From Deltaproteobacteria bacterium (GTDB lineage Bacteria > Acidobacteriota > Thermoanaerobaculia > Multivoradales > JAHZIX01), in NCBI GenBank assembly GCA_022601195.1, contig JAHZIX010000045.1, positions 628,884 through 692,883 of the forward strand: a stretch of 64,000 nucleotides of DNA, given 5' to 3'. This document shows, piece after piece, positions 27,178 through 36,876 of the stretch. The notes under the pieces were generated by a model. That model saw only the letters and a program-made list of their open reading frames with translations. It was not told where the DNA came from and did not search any database. Numbering within the stretch: position 1 is the first letter of the stretch; every line of letters begins with the position of its first letter. A program made the translations under genes and the position numbers.

Positions 27178-28344
27178 ATGATTCTCGACCACTTTCCGCC
27201 TATGGGCGTCTACGAGACGCTGTTCCGCTTCGCAGACGCTGTTGGCAAGTACATGGGAGACCCGGGAACCCACCCGTGGGCTCAGGGCTACCCCATCACC
27301 ACACCTGTACCCGGCGGGCCGGCTCTGCCGGACACCATTGCGATCACTGCCGGCGACCGCATGTATCCCAAAGCCGACGGTCAGCCTCCCCTTCGCGAAG
27401 CCATCGCCAACTATTACAACGAGTTCTATGGAGCGGGTATTACCCCGGATCACGTGGCGGTGTTCGCTGGAGGTCGCCCGGCAATTTTCGCCATCCTGGC
27501 CTTTCTCAAGAAAGGAGTGAAGGTGGCTGTGGAAGAGACCGAGTACACCCCCTATTGGGATGTTCTCGAGCTCCTCGGGCGCGACTACACGCTAATTCCC
27601 AGCAATCTGGACAATCGCTTTCGGCCCAAGTTGGAGGATCACCCGGACGAAGAGCAGGTGCTGCTCCTCAAGAGCAACCCTTGCAACCCAACGGGGGTGG
27701 CCACGTCCGGAGAGGAGCTTCGTGCGCTGGTGCAGCACTACAGCCAGCCTGGGCGGGGCGCTCTCTTGGATGAGGCCTACGAGTTCTACGGCGATCCCGA
27801 ACCGGAAAGCGCTTTGCGCTACATCGAGGACATAGATGCCACAGACCTTTTCGTGGTTGGTGCAGCTACCAAGGGGCTTCAGGTTCCCGGTATGCGGGTG
27901 GGCTGGGTGGTCGCCGCTCGGGAACACATCGAGCTCTTCCGCAACTACTCCTCTCTCGGCATGGGCGGCGTTTCTCGCGCTTCCCAGCTCTACGTGACCG
28001 ACTTGCTCGAGTTGAAGAGAGTGACCCAAGCCCGCAAAGCCATTTCCGCCTTTTTCACCTCCCAGCGGCAGCGCTACGGCGAGGGCCTGGCTCGGTTGGG
28101 CGTCGAGCTCTTCACCGGCGACGGCGGCTTTTACCATTGGGGCCGGCTACCTCAGGGGCTGGACGGTGACTCCTTCAACGAGCGCCTCTTTGAGTACCAG
28201 GCTGGAATCCTTCCGGGCCGTCTTTGCGATATGGCTCGTAGGGGAAACGAGGGCCCCATGGGCTCGCTGATCCGTTTCTCCTTCGGACCCTTGTCGGCGG
28301 ATTCCTTCCCGTCGGATATGGAGATACTCGAGAAGTGCTTATAG
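27178..28344 (+). CDS. PLP-dependent aminotransferase (class I/II fold)
   Basis: LLLKSNPCNPTGV, lysine region VVGAATKGLQVPGMRVGW. ATG 27178 chosen over the TTG at 27136 used by the track. Confidence 0.7.
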   Translation: MILDHFPPMGVYETLFRFADAVGKYMGDPGTHPWAQGYPITTPVPGGPALPDTIAITAGDRMYPKADGQPPLREAIANYYNEFYGAGITPDHVAVFAGGRPAIFAILAFLKKGVKVAVEETEYTPYWDVLELLGRDYTLIPSNLDNRFRPKLEDHPDEEQVLLLKSNPCNPTGVATSGEELRALVQHYSQPGRGALLDEAYEFYGDPEPESALRYIEDIDATDLFVVGAATKGLQVPGMRVGWVVAAREHIELFRNYSSLGMGGVSRASQLYVTDLLELKRVTQARKAISAFFTSQRQRYGEGLARLGVELFTGDGGFYHWGRLPQGLDGDSFNERLFEYQAGILPGRLCDMARRGNEGPMGSLIRFSFGPLSADSFPSDMEILEKCL

Positions 28345-28481
28345 GGCCTTCCGTGCACCAAGGTAGATCGATTCACCTCGCTCTAGAAGATGAGCGACTC
28401 TCATTTAGGGGCCCGTGATGAATAGGCCCACGAGTAAGCTCGGTTCCTAGGCAGCAGATTCCGGGGCTATCGGAGGAAGAC

Positions 28482-28922
28482 ATGATTCGGGAGTATCGAA
28501 GTCAGGATCTCGAGGATCTCATGGCGGCTTGGGAGGCGGCTTCTGCGTTGGCGCATTCCTTTCTGAGCGAGGAGTTTCAGGCTCAGGTTCGAGAGGATAT
28601 CCCCAAGCTGTACCTGCCCAATTCAGAGACTTGGGTTGCTGAGCAGGATGGCCGAGTGGTGGGATTCATTTCTCTGCTGGGCAACGAAGTCGGAGCGATC
28701 TTCCTACAACCCAATTGCCATGGAAAAGGTCTCGGCCGGGCGCTCATGGACAAGGCGCGAGAGCTGAGGGGAGAGTTGGAGGTAGAGGTCTTTACAGCCA
28801 ATGAAATCGGCCGGGCATTCTACGCAAAATATGGCTTCGAGCTGGTGGAAAAGAAGGCTCATCCACCGACGGGACTGGAGCTCCTGCGCTTGCGTCTCGC
28901 GGCGGAGTCGAAAGCGGGTTGA
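28482..28922 (+). CDS. GNAT family N-acetyltransferase
   Basis: Acetyl-CoA motif QPNCHGKGLGRALM; 146 aa. Confidence 0.8.
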   Translation: MIREYRSQDLEDLMAAWEAASALAHSFLSEEFQAQVREDIPKLYLPNSETWVAEQDGRVVGFISLLGNEVGAIFLQPNCHGKGLGRALMDKARELRGELEVEVFTANEIGRAFYAKYGFELVEKKAHPPTGLELLRLRLAAESKAG

Positions 28923-30304
28923 GGCTCTTGAGGGAATCGCCAGCCAAAGGAGCCTTGGGCCATCTGCACGCTTCAGATCTTCGGGCTTTGGTTCAGCTCG
29001 CCGCTCAGGCCACGAGCGGCGTGAGTCGAGTTGTCGAAGGGGTGCATCAATCGGTTTGGAGCACTCTGGGAGCTCCCGGTGGAGACGAGCCGGGGCAGGC
29101 CCGGGGCGTTACCGGTGGGGTGTACCGAGGTATTCAAGGAATCACAAAGCTGGTCGGACGCGTTACGGACGAGCTCTTGGAGAAACTCGAGCCTCTTCTG
29201 AGTGGAATGCAGAGGGGAGAAATCGAGAGGCCGCAACGAGAAGTTGTACTGGCGGCGCTCAACGGGGTGATGGGGGATCGTCTCGTGGAGAGTGGCAACT
29301 CCTTCGCTGTTCCCATGAGCCTTCGCTATCGAGGTGCGGCTCTAGATTGGCAGGCGATGCCGCCGGTTTCATCGGTGTCGAGCAAAGTTCTGTTGCTGGT
29401 TCATGGTTTGTGCTCCAGTGACCGTCACTGGCGAAGAGAGCACGAAGGTCGCGAAGTGGATCATGGCCAGGCCCTGGCCTCGGCAATGGGGGCCACGCCA
29501 CTGTATTTGCGCTACAACACCGGGCTACATATCTCCGTGAACGGTCGCGAGCTAGCAGCTCAGCTAGAGCAGCTAGTGCGCACCTGGCCCGTTCCTTTGG
29601 AGGAGCTCACGGTGGTGTCCTACAGCATGGGGGGACTGGTGACTCGGAGCGCCGCCCACATAGGTCACCAAGAGGGTCAGAGTTGGTTTGGCAGATTGAA
29701 GAGCCTGGTTTTTCTGGGTACCCCTCATCACGGCGCACCCTTGGAGAGGATCGGTAGTTGGCTGGACGAGGTTCTCGGCAGCCTGGCCTACACGGCTCCT
29801 TTTTCCCGGTTGAGCCAGCTTCGCAGTGCCGGCATCACCGATCTACGCTTTGGCCATGTAGTGGACGAAGATTGGCAGGGGCGGGACCGATTCCTTCGCC
29901 ACTCGGACCGCCGCCAGCCGGTGCCGTTGCCGAGTGGAGTGGCCAGCTACGCCATCGCTGCGAGCTTAGCTAGCCAAGACGCTAGGCCGATCCAGAGCGC
30001 TTTGGCAGAGTGCTTTGTTGGAGACGGCCTTGTTCCCCTCCACAGTGCTTTGGGGACCAGTGCTTTAGGGGCCAGTGCTCTAGGGACCAGTGCTCTAGGA
30101 ACCAGCGCCCTAAGAGGGCCTGACGAGGCCGAGCGAAGGCTGCAGTTCCCCAAAGAGGCACAATGGATCGCCAAGGGCATGAATCACCTGGAGTTGTTGA
30201 GCCGCCCCGAGGTGACTCGGCAGCTACTGAGGTGGTTGGCGCCTGAGTCGGGGCAGAGCCTCGTCTCGGATGAAAGCGGCGAGGTTGGACCATCACTTCA
30301 CTAG
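28919..30304 (+). CDS. alpha/beta-hydrolase fold protein (lipase/esterase-like) with a C-terminal (SALGT)n repeat
   Basis: Nucleophile elbow VSYSMGG, LGTPHHGAP. Confidence 0.6.
   Translation: MRLLRESPAKGALGHLHASDLRALVQLAAQATSGVSRVVEGVHQSVWSTLGAPGGDEPGQARGVTGGVYRGIQGITKLVGRVTDELLEKLEPLLSGMQRGEIERPQREVVLAALNGVMGDRLVESGNSFAVPMSLRYRGAALDWQAMPPVSSVSSKVLLLVHGLCSSDRHWRREHEGREVDHGQALASAMGATPLYLRYNTGLHISVNGRELAAQLEQLVRTWPVPLEELTVVSYSMGGLVTRSAAHIGHQEGQSWFGRLKSLVFLGTPHHGAPLERIGSWLDEVLGSLAYTAPFSRLSQLRSAGITDLRFGHVVDEDWQGRDRFLRHSDRRQPVPLPSGVASYAIAASLASQDARPIQSALAECFVGDGLVPLHSALGTSALGASALGTSALGTSALRGPDEAERRLQFPKEAQWIAKGMNHLELLSRPEVTRQLLRWLAPESGQSLVSDESGEVGPSLH
30043..30118. repeat. 15-bp imperfect tandem repeat (agtgctttggggacc x ~4.5) encoding SALGT/SALGA units
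   Basis: Read directly: agtgctttggggacc agtgctttaggggcc agtgctctagggacc agtgctctaggaacc agcgccctaaga. Confidence 0.8.
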
Positions 30305-30354
30305 CCCCTAGGGGCTTTGAGGTCGACGTCCTGCTACTTCACTCCTGGTCAAAT

Positions 30355-30903
30355 TCACCTTTCTGAATGTTTCAGGGTCAGCTCCATCTGGCTCCCGACT
30401 CCCCCGGATTGGGAAGCTTCCAAGTCCAGTAACAACCTCTTGGCCTCTAGCCCCCCGCCAAAGCCGGTGAGGGAGCCGTTGGAGCCCACCACGCGATGGC
30501 AAGGTACGACGATGGATATCGGGTTGGCACCGTTGGCACCTCCCACGGCGCGACTGGCAGAAGGATTACCGATCTGTTGGGAAAGGATGCCGTAGCTCGT
30601 CGTTTCGCCGTAGGGAATCTGCACCAGGCGGTCCCAGACGCTCTTTTGGAATGGAGTCCCCTGGGCGTTGAGCTCTAGCTCGAAGGCGGTGCGGTCACCG
30701 GCAAAGTATTCGTCCAACTGGAGTCGCAAGTGGGCGAGGCGGTCCGGCGCTTCCTCGAGATCGTCTTCCTGTTCTGCATCGAGGCGAATTTTCTGGGCGC
30801 TTCGGCCTTTTGGGAAGTCGATCCGAACCACGGCGCCTGCTTCGTCGACGACCAGTAGAAGAGGCCCACAGGGTGAGTCCATTAGGTCCCAATAACAATT
30901 CAT
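30355..30903 (-). CDS. ogt: methylated-DNA--protein-cysteine methyltransferase
   Basis: Active site PCHRVVGSNGSLTGFGGG. N-terminal DSPCGPLLLVVDEAG. ATGA overlap with the upstream ada-alkA gene. Confidence 0.85.
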   Translation of the reverse strand: MNCYWDLMDSPCGPLLLVVDEAGAVVRIDFPKGRSAQKIRLDAEQEDDLEEAPDRLAHLRLQLDEYFAGDRTAFELELNAQGTPFQKSVWDRLVQIPYGETTSYGILSQQIGNPSASRAVGGANGANPISIVVPCHRVVGSNGSLTGFGGGLEAKRLLLDLEASQSGGVGSQMELTLKHSER

Positions 30904-32348
30904 GGTTCTACCTCCTTAGCCAAAGATTGCCACAGGTGAAAGGTTGCGAGGCTGCGATGAGGAGAAAAAGGGCGCATCAATTTTTCAGTCACTTCACCTC
31001 GCGGCCGCTCCTCGAGGTTGAAAAAGCGCCACAACCCCTGAGTCAGCCCCGTGTCCCCCAGTGGCAGACAATCCTCGAAACCGAAGGCTCGCATCATCAG
31101 GTAGTTGGCAGACCAGGGGCCGATGCCGCGCACCGCCTTGAGGGTTTGTTCGGTAGCGGTGGCACTTCCCATGGCGAGATCTTCCAGACAAAGCTTGCCC
31201 TGGGCTACCAATGTTGCGGTGTCGATGAGGTACTCCGCCTTGCGGCCGGAAAACTGTTGGGCGGTCAGCTCGGAAATCTCGATGGCAGCGACGGCTTCCG
31301 GGGTCGGTGGCGCAAACAGGCCTTCGCCCACCGGTTGCCCAGCCCGCTCCACCAGGCGGCGAAACAGGGTCAGGGCAAAAGCGAGGTTGATCTGTTGACC
31401 GAGGATCGTCCAGGCGAGCCCTTCGAAGAAGGTGGCGGTTTGAGGAATGCGTAGCCCTCGACGCCCCTCAACGAGTGGCGCGAGGGCTGGGGAGCGAGAG
31501 ACATGGCGCTCGAAAGGAGCCGGGTCGATGGTCAGCCCGAGGATCCGCAGGACGATCCCTTGGGCCGCGATGGCGGCGGTCTCCGGCAGAGCCTTCTTGG
31601 AAACCAAGTCGCAGGTAGCCCTAGAGTCACCTAGGTCTACACGAAGCAGGGTCGGGGTTCCCTCCAAGCAAACTCCCATCTGCAAAGAATCGCCTTGGAT
31701 CTGCTGCACCGGGCTCTGGGGATCTCTTCCCAAGTAGGTGAGGATTCTTCGGCGGTGCCAGTTTTCGGGCAAGCGCACCTCGAAGCGTTTCGCTCCCGGC
31801 AAGCTGCGGTAGTCCGTGGGTTGGGTAGCGGAGAGCCGGAGGAAGCTCTCGTTGAAGGAGGAGAGGCTTTCGAAGCCGACATCGCAGGCAATTTGCGAGA
31901 GGGGCCGATCCGTTTCTGTCAGCAGCCGCTGGGCTGCTGGGATGCGAGCCCGAGTTAGGAGCGCTGCCGGGGTGTTGTGAAAATGCCGCTGAAACAGCTG
32001 GTTGAGCTGCGATGTGCCAAGGCCTGCCGATTTCGCCAGATCTTTAGCATGGCGAAAATTCTCCGGAGCCTGCCGAAGTTCTTTCACCAACTGCAGGACT
32101 CGGTCCTGGTCCGGGTCGTATTGGCGGTAAAAGTGATCGGGTCGGCAGCGACGGCAAGCTCTCAGGCCTTTCTTTTGGGCAGCTTGGGGATCTGTGAAAA
32201 ACCTCACGTCTTCGGGTTTAGGTTTGCAAGCTTGGCAGGAGGGCAGACAGTAGATACCAGTACCCACCACTCCAGCCAGGAAGCGGCCGTCATAGGTCGC
32301 GTCGCGGGCCAGCATTCGATCGATCTTCTGCTCTCTACTGAGGTCCAT
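30900..32348 (-). CDS. Ada-type regulatory methyltransferase / AraC HTH / DNA-3-methyladenine glycosylase II (AlkA) fusion
   Basis: Ada Zn site (GRFLAGVVGTGIYCLPSC...CRRCRP), AraC-type HTH (LARLRRAFAHSPE region), HhH-GPD with catalytic Asp (VRGIGPWSANYLMMRAFGFEDCLPLGDTGL). Start set at MDLSREQ (32348); the track ORF extends to 32465. Confidence 0.75.
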   Translation of the reverse strand: MDLSREQKIDRMLARDATYDGRFLAGVVGTGIYCLPSCQACKPKPEDVRFFTDPQAAQKKGLRACRRCRPDHFYRQYDPDQDRVLQLVKELRQAPENFRHAKDLAKSAGLGTSQLNQLFQRHFHNTPAALLTRARIPAAQRLLTETDRPLSQIACDVGFESLSSFNESFLRLSATQPTDYRSLPGAKRFEVRLPENWHRRRILTYLGRDPQSPVQQIQGDSLQMGVCLEGTPTLLRVDLGDSRATCDLVSKKALPETAAIAAQGIVLRILGLTIDPAPFERHVSRSPALAPLVEGRRGLRIPQTATFFEGLAWTILGQQINLAFALTLFRRLVERAGQPVGEGLFAPPTPEAVAAIEISELTAQQFSGRKAEYLIDTATLVAQGKLCLEDLAMGSATATEQTLKAVRGIGPWSANYLMMRAFGFEDCLPLGDTGLTQGLWRFFNLEERPRGEVTEKLMRPFSPHRSLATFHLWQSLAKEVEP

Positions 32349-32454
32349 GGTCAGACTATAGCGAGGGCCCTTCCATCCTGGCCACCGGATTTCTCCGCGG
32401 GAATCAATCCTCGACTTCATTCGAGATAGGATCACGAAGGAGCTTGGCCCAACG

Positions 32455-33207
32455 ATGATCGACACCCCAACAAGAACTTCACCACCCGTTTCGGTAGCCG
32501 TTGCTGCGGCTGGAGCTCTACTGGCCCTCGGTGCCGTCGTCGCAGCGCGGTTGGGCTGGGCCGCTCCCTACAGTGCCTTTCGAGTCTTCGGCTTGGCGAT
32601 TTTTACCGGCGGTTTCTTAGGCCTGGGAACCGGTCTCTTCGCCCTCTCCCGAACTTGGAACGACGAGTCTCCTGTCCAGCGGAGGACTGCCTGGGCGGGA
32701 ACCCTCATGGGTGCTGCCATGATCTTCTCCTTGGCCATGGCGGGGTCTTCAGCAGCCAAGGTGCCGCCGATTCACGACTTGACCACGGATCTCGAAGATC
32801 CTCCGGTTTTCGTCCAGGCTGCGGATCTACCAGCCAATCGAAGTCGAGATTTGAGCTATCCCCACGGTGACCCGGAAACGCCGAGTCGCCAGGGAGACGC
32901 CTATCCGGACCTGCACCCCATTCGGCTTTGGCTAGAGCCGCAAGAGGCCTACGAGGCGTGTCACCAAGTGCTGGAGCAGGTCGGGTGGACGCTGACTGGA
33001 ACGGACGAGTCGTTGGGGTTCTTGGAAGCTACCGAGACCTCTCGGATCTTTCGATTTGTCGACGACATCGTCATCCGAATCCGTCCTCACTCGAACGGTG
33101 GCTCCGTCATCGACTTGCGTTCGACTTCCCGGGACGGAATTAGCGATCTGGGGGTCAACGCCGAACGCATCCGTCTCTTTAGAGACACTCTGAAGGCAGG
33201 CCAGTAA
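32455..33207 (+). CDS. DUF1499 family membrane protein
   Basis: IHDLTTDLEDPPVF, YPDLHPIRL, IFRFVDDIVIRIRP...VIDLRSTSRDGISDLGVNAERIR. Confidence 0.65.
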   Translation: MIDTPTRTSPPVSVAVAAAGALLALGAVVAARLGWAAPYSAFRVFGLAIFTGGFLGLGTGLFALSRTWNDESPVQRRTAWAGTLMGAAMIFSLAMAGSSAAKVPPIHDLTTDLEDPPVFVQAADLPANRSRDLSYPHGDPETPSRQGDAYPDLHPIRLWLEPQEAYEACHQVLEQVGWTLTGTDESLGFLEATETSRIFRFVDDIVIRIRPHSNGGSVIDLRSTSRDGISDLGVNAERIRLFRDTLKAGQ

Positions 33208-33274
33208 TGGCTCGGTGAAGGCAACCCCGGAACCCAGCTCATAGAGAAATCCAATCCATGAAAAAGACCAGTCC

Positions 33275-33784
33275 ATGAAAAGGGAGGCACCCCCTTTCCA
33301 AGGAAGATATCTCCAGGCCGCCTGCGCTTATGCAGCCCTCGGCTCAGTCGTCATGGCGATTACCGTAGCTTCCCCCGGTATGTTAACGGCAGAGAGGCGG
33401 GTCGACCTGGCTCATCTGTTGGCTGCCCTTCCTTTCTTTCTCGCTGCTGGGGCGCTCATTGCTTGGGGGCATCAGTGGTTTGCCGGCCTCGCTCGGTTGT
33501 TTGGGGTGGGGTCTGAGAAAGCGGCCCGAATGGGGGCCGGGGTGCGAGAGAAGGTCGTGATGTTGCTCACTCTCTCGGCTCTGGGCCGAGTGACGGTCTT
33601 TGCTGCCAACGCCTTGGGGTGGCGCTTGCGGCTCGGCGGTGGGGCTGGAGGTGTCAGTTGGGAGTCGGTGCCGGCGAAACCCCGAATGTTCGTGGCGGCT
33701 TTGCTCATGATCGTGATCGCCACTCTTTTGGCTCGGGCTTCGTGGGTCCCTTTTTTGACTCGTCGCCGCAATCGAACACAATAA
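33275..33784 (+). CDS. hypothetical membrane protein
   Basis: Four predicted TM segments. No motif recognised. Confidence 0.35.
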   Translation: MKREAPPFQGRYLQAACAYAALGSVVMAITVASPGMLTAERRVDLAHLLAALPFFLAAGALIAWGHQWFAGLARLFGVGSEKAARMGAGVREKVVMLLTLSALGRVTVFAANALGWRLRLGGGAGGVSWESVPAKPRMFVAALLMIVIATLLARASWVPFLTRRRNRTQ

Positions 33785-33863
33785 TGAGTGTCGTCAAGAT
33801 TGGCCCTTCGTACCCATGCGACGGATCCAAGTCAAACTAGGACGCTAGCCAAGAAGGATCTTC

Positions 33864-35141
33864 ATGACCAGCCTCAACACGACTGAACCGAGCCCCTTCC
33901 CAGCCGCCGCTCTGACGGATTCCTTCCGTCCTTCTCTGGTTTCCTGGAATCTCACCAAGAGATGCAACCTACGTTGCCCCCACTGCTACCTGAGCGCTGG
34001 AAAAAAGGCAGAGGAAGAGCTCACCACGGAGGAGTGTTTTGCCCTCATCGACGAGATGAAGGAGCTCGGCACCGAGATGGTGATTCTCACCGGCGGGGAA
34101 CCGCTGCTGCGCAAGGACATCTTCGATCTGGCTCAGCGTTGTGCCGAAAAAGGGTTGTGGGTGGTGATGGGCACCAACGGAGTCCTGATCAACGACCGGG
34201 TGGCGGCAAAGATGGTGGAGTGCGGCATCAAGGGCGTCGGCATCAGCATCGACTCGATACACCCGGAAAAGCACAATAGCTTTCGCGGTGGGCCCAACTC
34301 TTGGGAGCACTCCGTGAGGGCCTTGGAGATCTGCCGATCCCATGGCCTCGAAGTCTTGGTTCAGTCCACGGTCATGGCCGACAACTTCGAGGAAGTGCCC
34401 CAGCTGATCGAATTCGCTCGCGATAAGGGAGCTTGGTCTTTCAATCTCTACTTCCTGGTGCAGACCGGCCGTGGTCAACTCATGAACGACCTATCGGCGC
34501 CGCAGACCGAAGCCATTCTCGGGCAGTTGGTCGAATCCCAGGAGGCCTATCGGCCGATGCTGGTCCGTTCCAAATGTGCACCTCACTTCAAGCGCTTGGC
34601 CTATGAGCAGGGGTTGGGGGGTCTCGAGAGCGGGGGCTGTATGGCGGGCACTCAGTACTGCCGCATCACCCCGGAGGGTGAGGTCACCCCCTGCCCTTAC
34701 ATGGATCTTTCCGCGGGCAATGTTCGGGACTCCAGTTTCACGGAGATCTGGCAGGGCTCGACCCTTCTCCAGGAACTTCGAGATGTCGCCAAGTTAGGAG
34801 GCCGGTGCGGCGACTGTGAGTTCAACGAGCTTTGCGGTGGTTGTCGATGTCGTGCCTATGCTGCCTACGAAGACCCTCTCGCCGAGGACCCCGCTTGCAC
34901 TTACCAGCCGACGGGAAAGCCTTTGGACAACCAGGAGGTCTTGTGGGATTCGGAGGCGCGCGCTCGGCTGGACCGCATTCCCATCGCATTCATCCGCAAC
35001 AAGGTGCGCTCCGGCCTCGAGAGCTTTGCCCGTCGTAAGTCTTTGACTCTGATTACCGCGGAGGTGATGAAACAAGGACTGCAGGGGGGCGCCAGGCCGA
35101 GGGCCTTTCCTGGCATGCCGCCTTTCGGGCCCCCGAAGTAG
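33864..35141 (+). CDS. radical SAM / SPASM-domain protein, AhbD/NirJ-like (candidate O2-independent coproheme decarboxylase)
   Basis: CNLRCPHCY radical-SAM cluster site. C-terminal Cys-rich SPASM (CGDCEFNELCGGCRCRAY). AAGAAGGA SD. Followed within 1 kb by hemQ-hemH-hemY. Confidence 0.6.
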   Translation: MTSLNTTEPSPFPAAALTDSFRPSLVSWNLTKRCNLRCPHCYLSAGKKAEEELTTEECFALIDEMKELGTEMVILTGGEPLLRKDIFDLAQRCAEKGLWVVMGTNGVLINDRVAAKMVECGIKGVGISIDSIHPEKHNSFRGGPNSWEHSVRALEICRSHGLEVLVQSTVMADNFEEVPQLIEFARDKGAWSFNLYFLVQTGRGQLMNDLSAPQTEAILGQLVESQEAYRPMLVRSKCAPHFKRLAYEQGLGGLESGGCMAGTQYCRITPEGEVTPCPYMDLSAGNVRDSSFTEIWQGSTLLQELRDVAKLGGRCGDCEFNELCGGCRCRAYAAYEDPLAEDPACTYQPTGKPLDNQEVLWDSEARARLDRIPIAFIRNKVRSGLESFARRKSLTLITAEVMKQGLQGGARPRAFPGMPPFGPPK

Positions 35142-35164
35142 GGGAGCCCTTAGCAATGGAGCCT

Positions 35165-35908
35165 TCACCCTCCGAAGCGCTGCACCAGGTGATACCGCGC
35201 TTCGCGCTTCCACCATCCCCAATCGTGGGCGACGTCGTGGCCCCAGATATCCCTCTGGTGGCTGATTCCTTTCGATTCCAGGATGTCTGCGAGGGCCTGA
35301 GTTTCTTCGATACAGCCCTCTTCCCAGGCACCTTGACCGCAAACCAACGCCAAGTGAGCATGCTTCCTGACTCGCTCCAAGTGCTGCCCTTCCAGATTGG
35401 AGGCGTAAGCGAGGGGATTGTTGAAATAGACGTCGAGGTTGGAGAAACCACCGGTGAACCCAGTGATGTCGTAGCGGCCGCTCATGCACAAGGCATAGTG
35501 AAAGATCTCAGGAAACTTTAGGGCGAAGTTGGCGGCGTAATAGCCGCCAAGGCTACACCCGGTCGCTCCAATGCGGATCTCCGGAGCCTGGCAGTCTCGA
35601 CGAATGAAAGGCACCAGCTCCGAAATAACGTATTCCTCGAAAGCCTGGTGGCGCTTGATTCTCCATTCCGGAGGGTTTTGTTGCCGAGTCCAAGCCTCTG
35701 CGACGTTGCTTTCACAGCAATAGAGCTTGATACGGCCCTCTTGGATCAGATCGCTGAGGGTGCTGACCATGCCTTGGGCATCCCACTCGTGGGCCATGCC
35801 CGCTGCCGAGGGAAAGACCAGAATCGGTACTCCCCAGTGGCCGTAGCACCACACATGCATCCTGCGGCCCATCACCTGGCTCGGAATCAATTCATGTCGC
35901 CGTTTCAC
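35165..35908 (-). CDS. esterase-family alpha/beta hydrolase (putative esterase)
   Basis: GATGCSLGGYYA nucleophile motif; 247 aa. Confidence 0.65.
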   Translation of the reverse strand: MKRRHELIPSQVMGRRMHVWCYGHWGVPILVFPSAAGMAHEWDAQGMVSTLSDLIQEGRIKLYCCESNVAEAWTRQQNPPEWRIKRHQAFEEYVISELVPFIRRDCQAPEIRIGATGCSLGGYYAANFALKFPEIFHYALCMSGRYDITGFTGGFSNLDVYFNNPLAYASNLEGQHLERVRKHAHLALVCGQGAWEEGCIEETQALADILESKGISHQRDIWGHDVAHDWGWWKREARYHLVQRFGG

Positions 35909-36134
35909 GGTATGAGAGCTCCTCCCTGGAGAGTTTGAGGGGAACGACTGAGCAACGCTGCTGCTTTCGCCCCCGTGCTAGCATCAAAGCTCCGTGCCGG
36001 GGCTCGGAGGCTTGCTGAAAACGCTCGTTTCTTCGCCGAGTGACGCCCGGGCAGCGGCCGAGTTCTCGGCGCTCCGAACGCGCTGAGGAAAATCGTTCGA
36101 AGTCGTTTCACGAGAGTACTATGGGAAGGTATCC

Positions 36135-36872
36135 TTGGCTAGAAAAGAGCTAGAAAACAAACCAGTGGTGTCCTCGGGAGAGGAGCCGGTCTTGAGTCGT
36201 CGGACCCTCAACCATTTTGCCTTTTTCCGCTTTCGGAAAGCTCACGAGACGATGGCTGCGGAGGATCGGGCCCAGTTTCACCGACGTTGGCTGGAGGCTC
36301 TTCGCAGCGCCGCAGCTCAAGTGGAGGTTTACCAGGTCTTCCCGACTCGCGCAGATGCAGATATTTTGGTCTGGAGTGCACTGCCTTACGAGGACGACCA
36401 GACCCCTCGCCATTTCTTTGAGGCTTTCGCCAAGGCGACCCTTCCTTTCCGCCGCTATGTGAAGAGTACCGAGATCCTGTGGGGGATGACGCGGCCTTCG
36501 CCCTATGTGGGTGGCAAGAAGCCCCGCGGTATGGACCCTATTGAAGGCAAGAGGCAGAGTTATCTGACCCTCTACCCCTTCGTGAAGACCGCCGAGTGGT
36601 ACGGCATGGGTCGAGAGGCTCGTCAAGGAATGATGAATGAGCACATTCGCATCGGGCGGCAGTTTCCCGAAGTCGATCAACTGCTGCTCTACTCCTTCGG
36701 TCTTCAGGACCAGGAGTTCGTCGTGGTCTACGAGATGGAAGACCTGCCTCGCTACTCGGAGCTCGTTTCGCAGTTAAGAGGTTGTGATGGTCGCCCCTTT
36801 ACGGAGCGAGATACACCGATCTACACGGCGGTGCATCACGCTGCCGAAGACACTCTGGCACTATGGGAATAG
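36135..36872 (+). CDS. chdC: coproheme decarboxylase (HemQ / chlorite-dismutase family)
   Basis: RTLNHFAFFRF...YLTLYPFVKTAEWY typical of HemQ. Start uncertain: TTG at 36135 or GTG at ~36165. Confidence 0.75.
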   Translation: MARKELENKPVVSSGEEPVLSRRTLNHFAFFRFRKAHETMAAEDRAQFHRRWLEALRSAAAQVEVYQVFPTRADADILVWSALPYEDDQTPRHFFEAFAKATLPFRRYVKSTEILWGMTRPSPYVGGKKPRGMDPIEGKRQSYLTLYPFVKTAEWYGMGREARQGMMNEHIRIGRQFPEVDQLLLYSFGLQDQEFVVVYEMEDLPRYSELVSQLRGCDGRPFTERDTPIYTAVHHAAEDTLALWE

Positions 36873-36876
36873 AGCT

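Noticed and set aside
27592-28137. 181-aa minus-strand ORF inside the aminotransferase gene, and the similar 36150-36680 minus ORF inside hemQ
   Set aside because: The sense-strand proteins are strongly supported. The antisense ORFs lack starts with an RBS and any motif.
30302-30315. 14-nt perfect palindrome AGCCCCTAGGGGCT between the convergent hydrolase and ogt genes
   Set aside because: The stem is too short and has essentially no loop, so it is not a convincing terminator. It contains an AvrII-like CCTAGG site, which may be coincidental.
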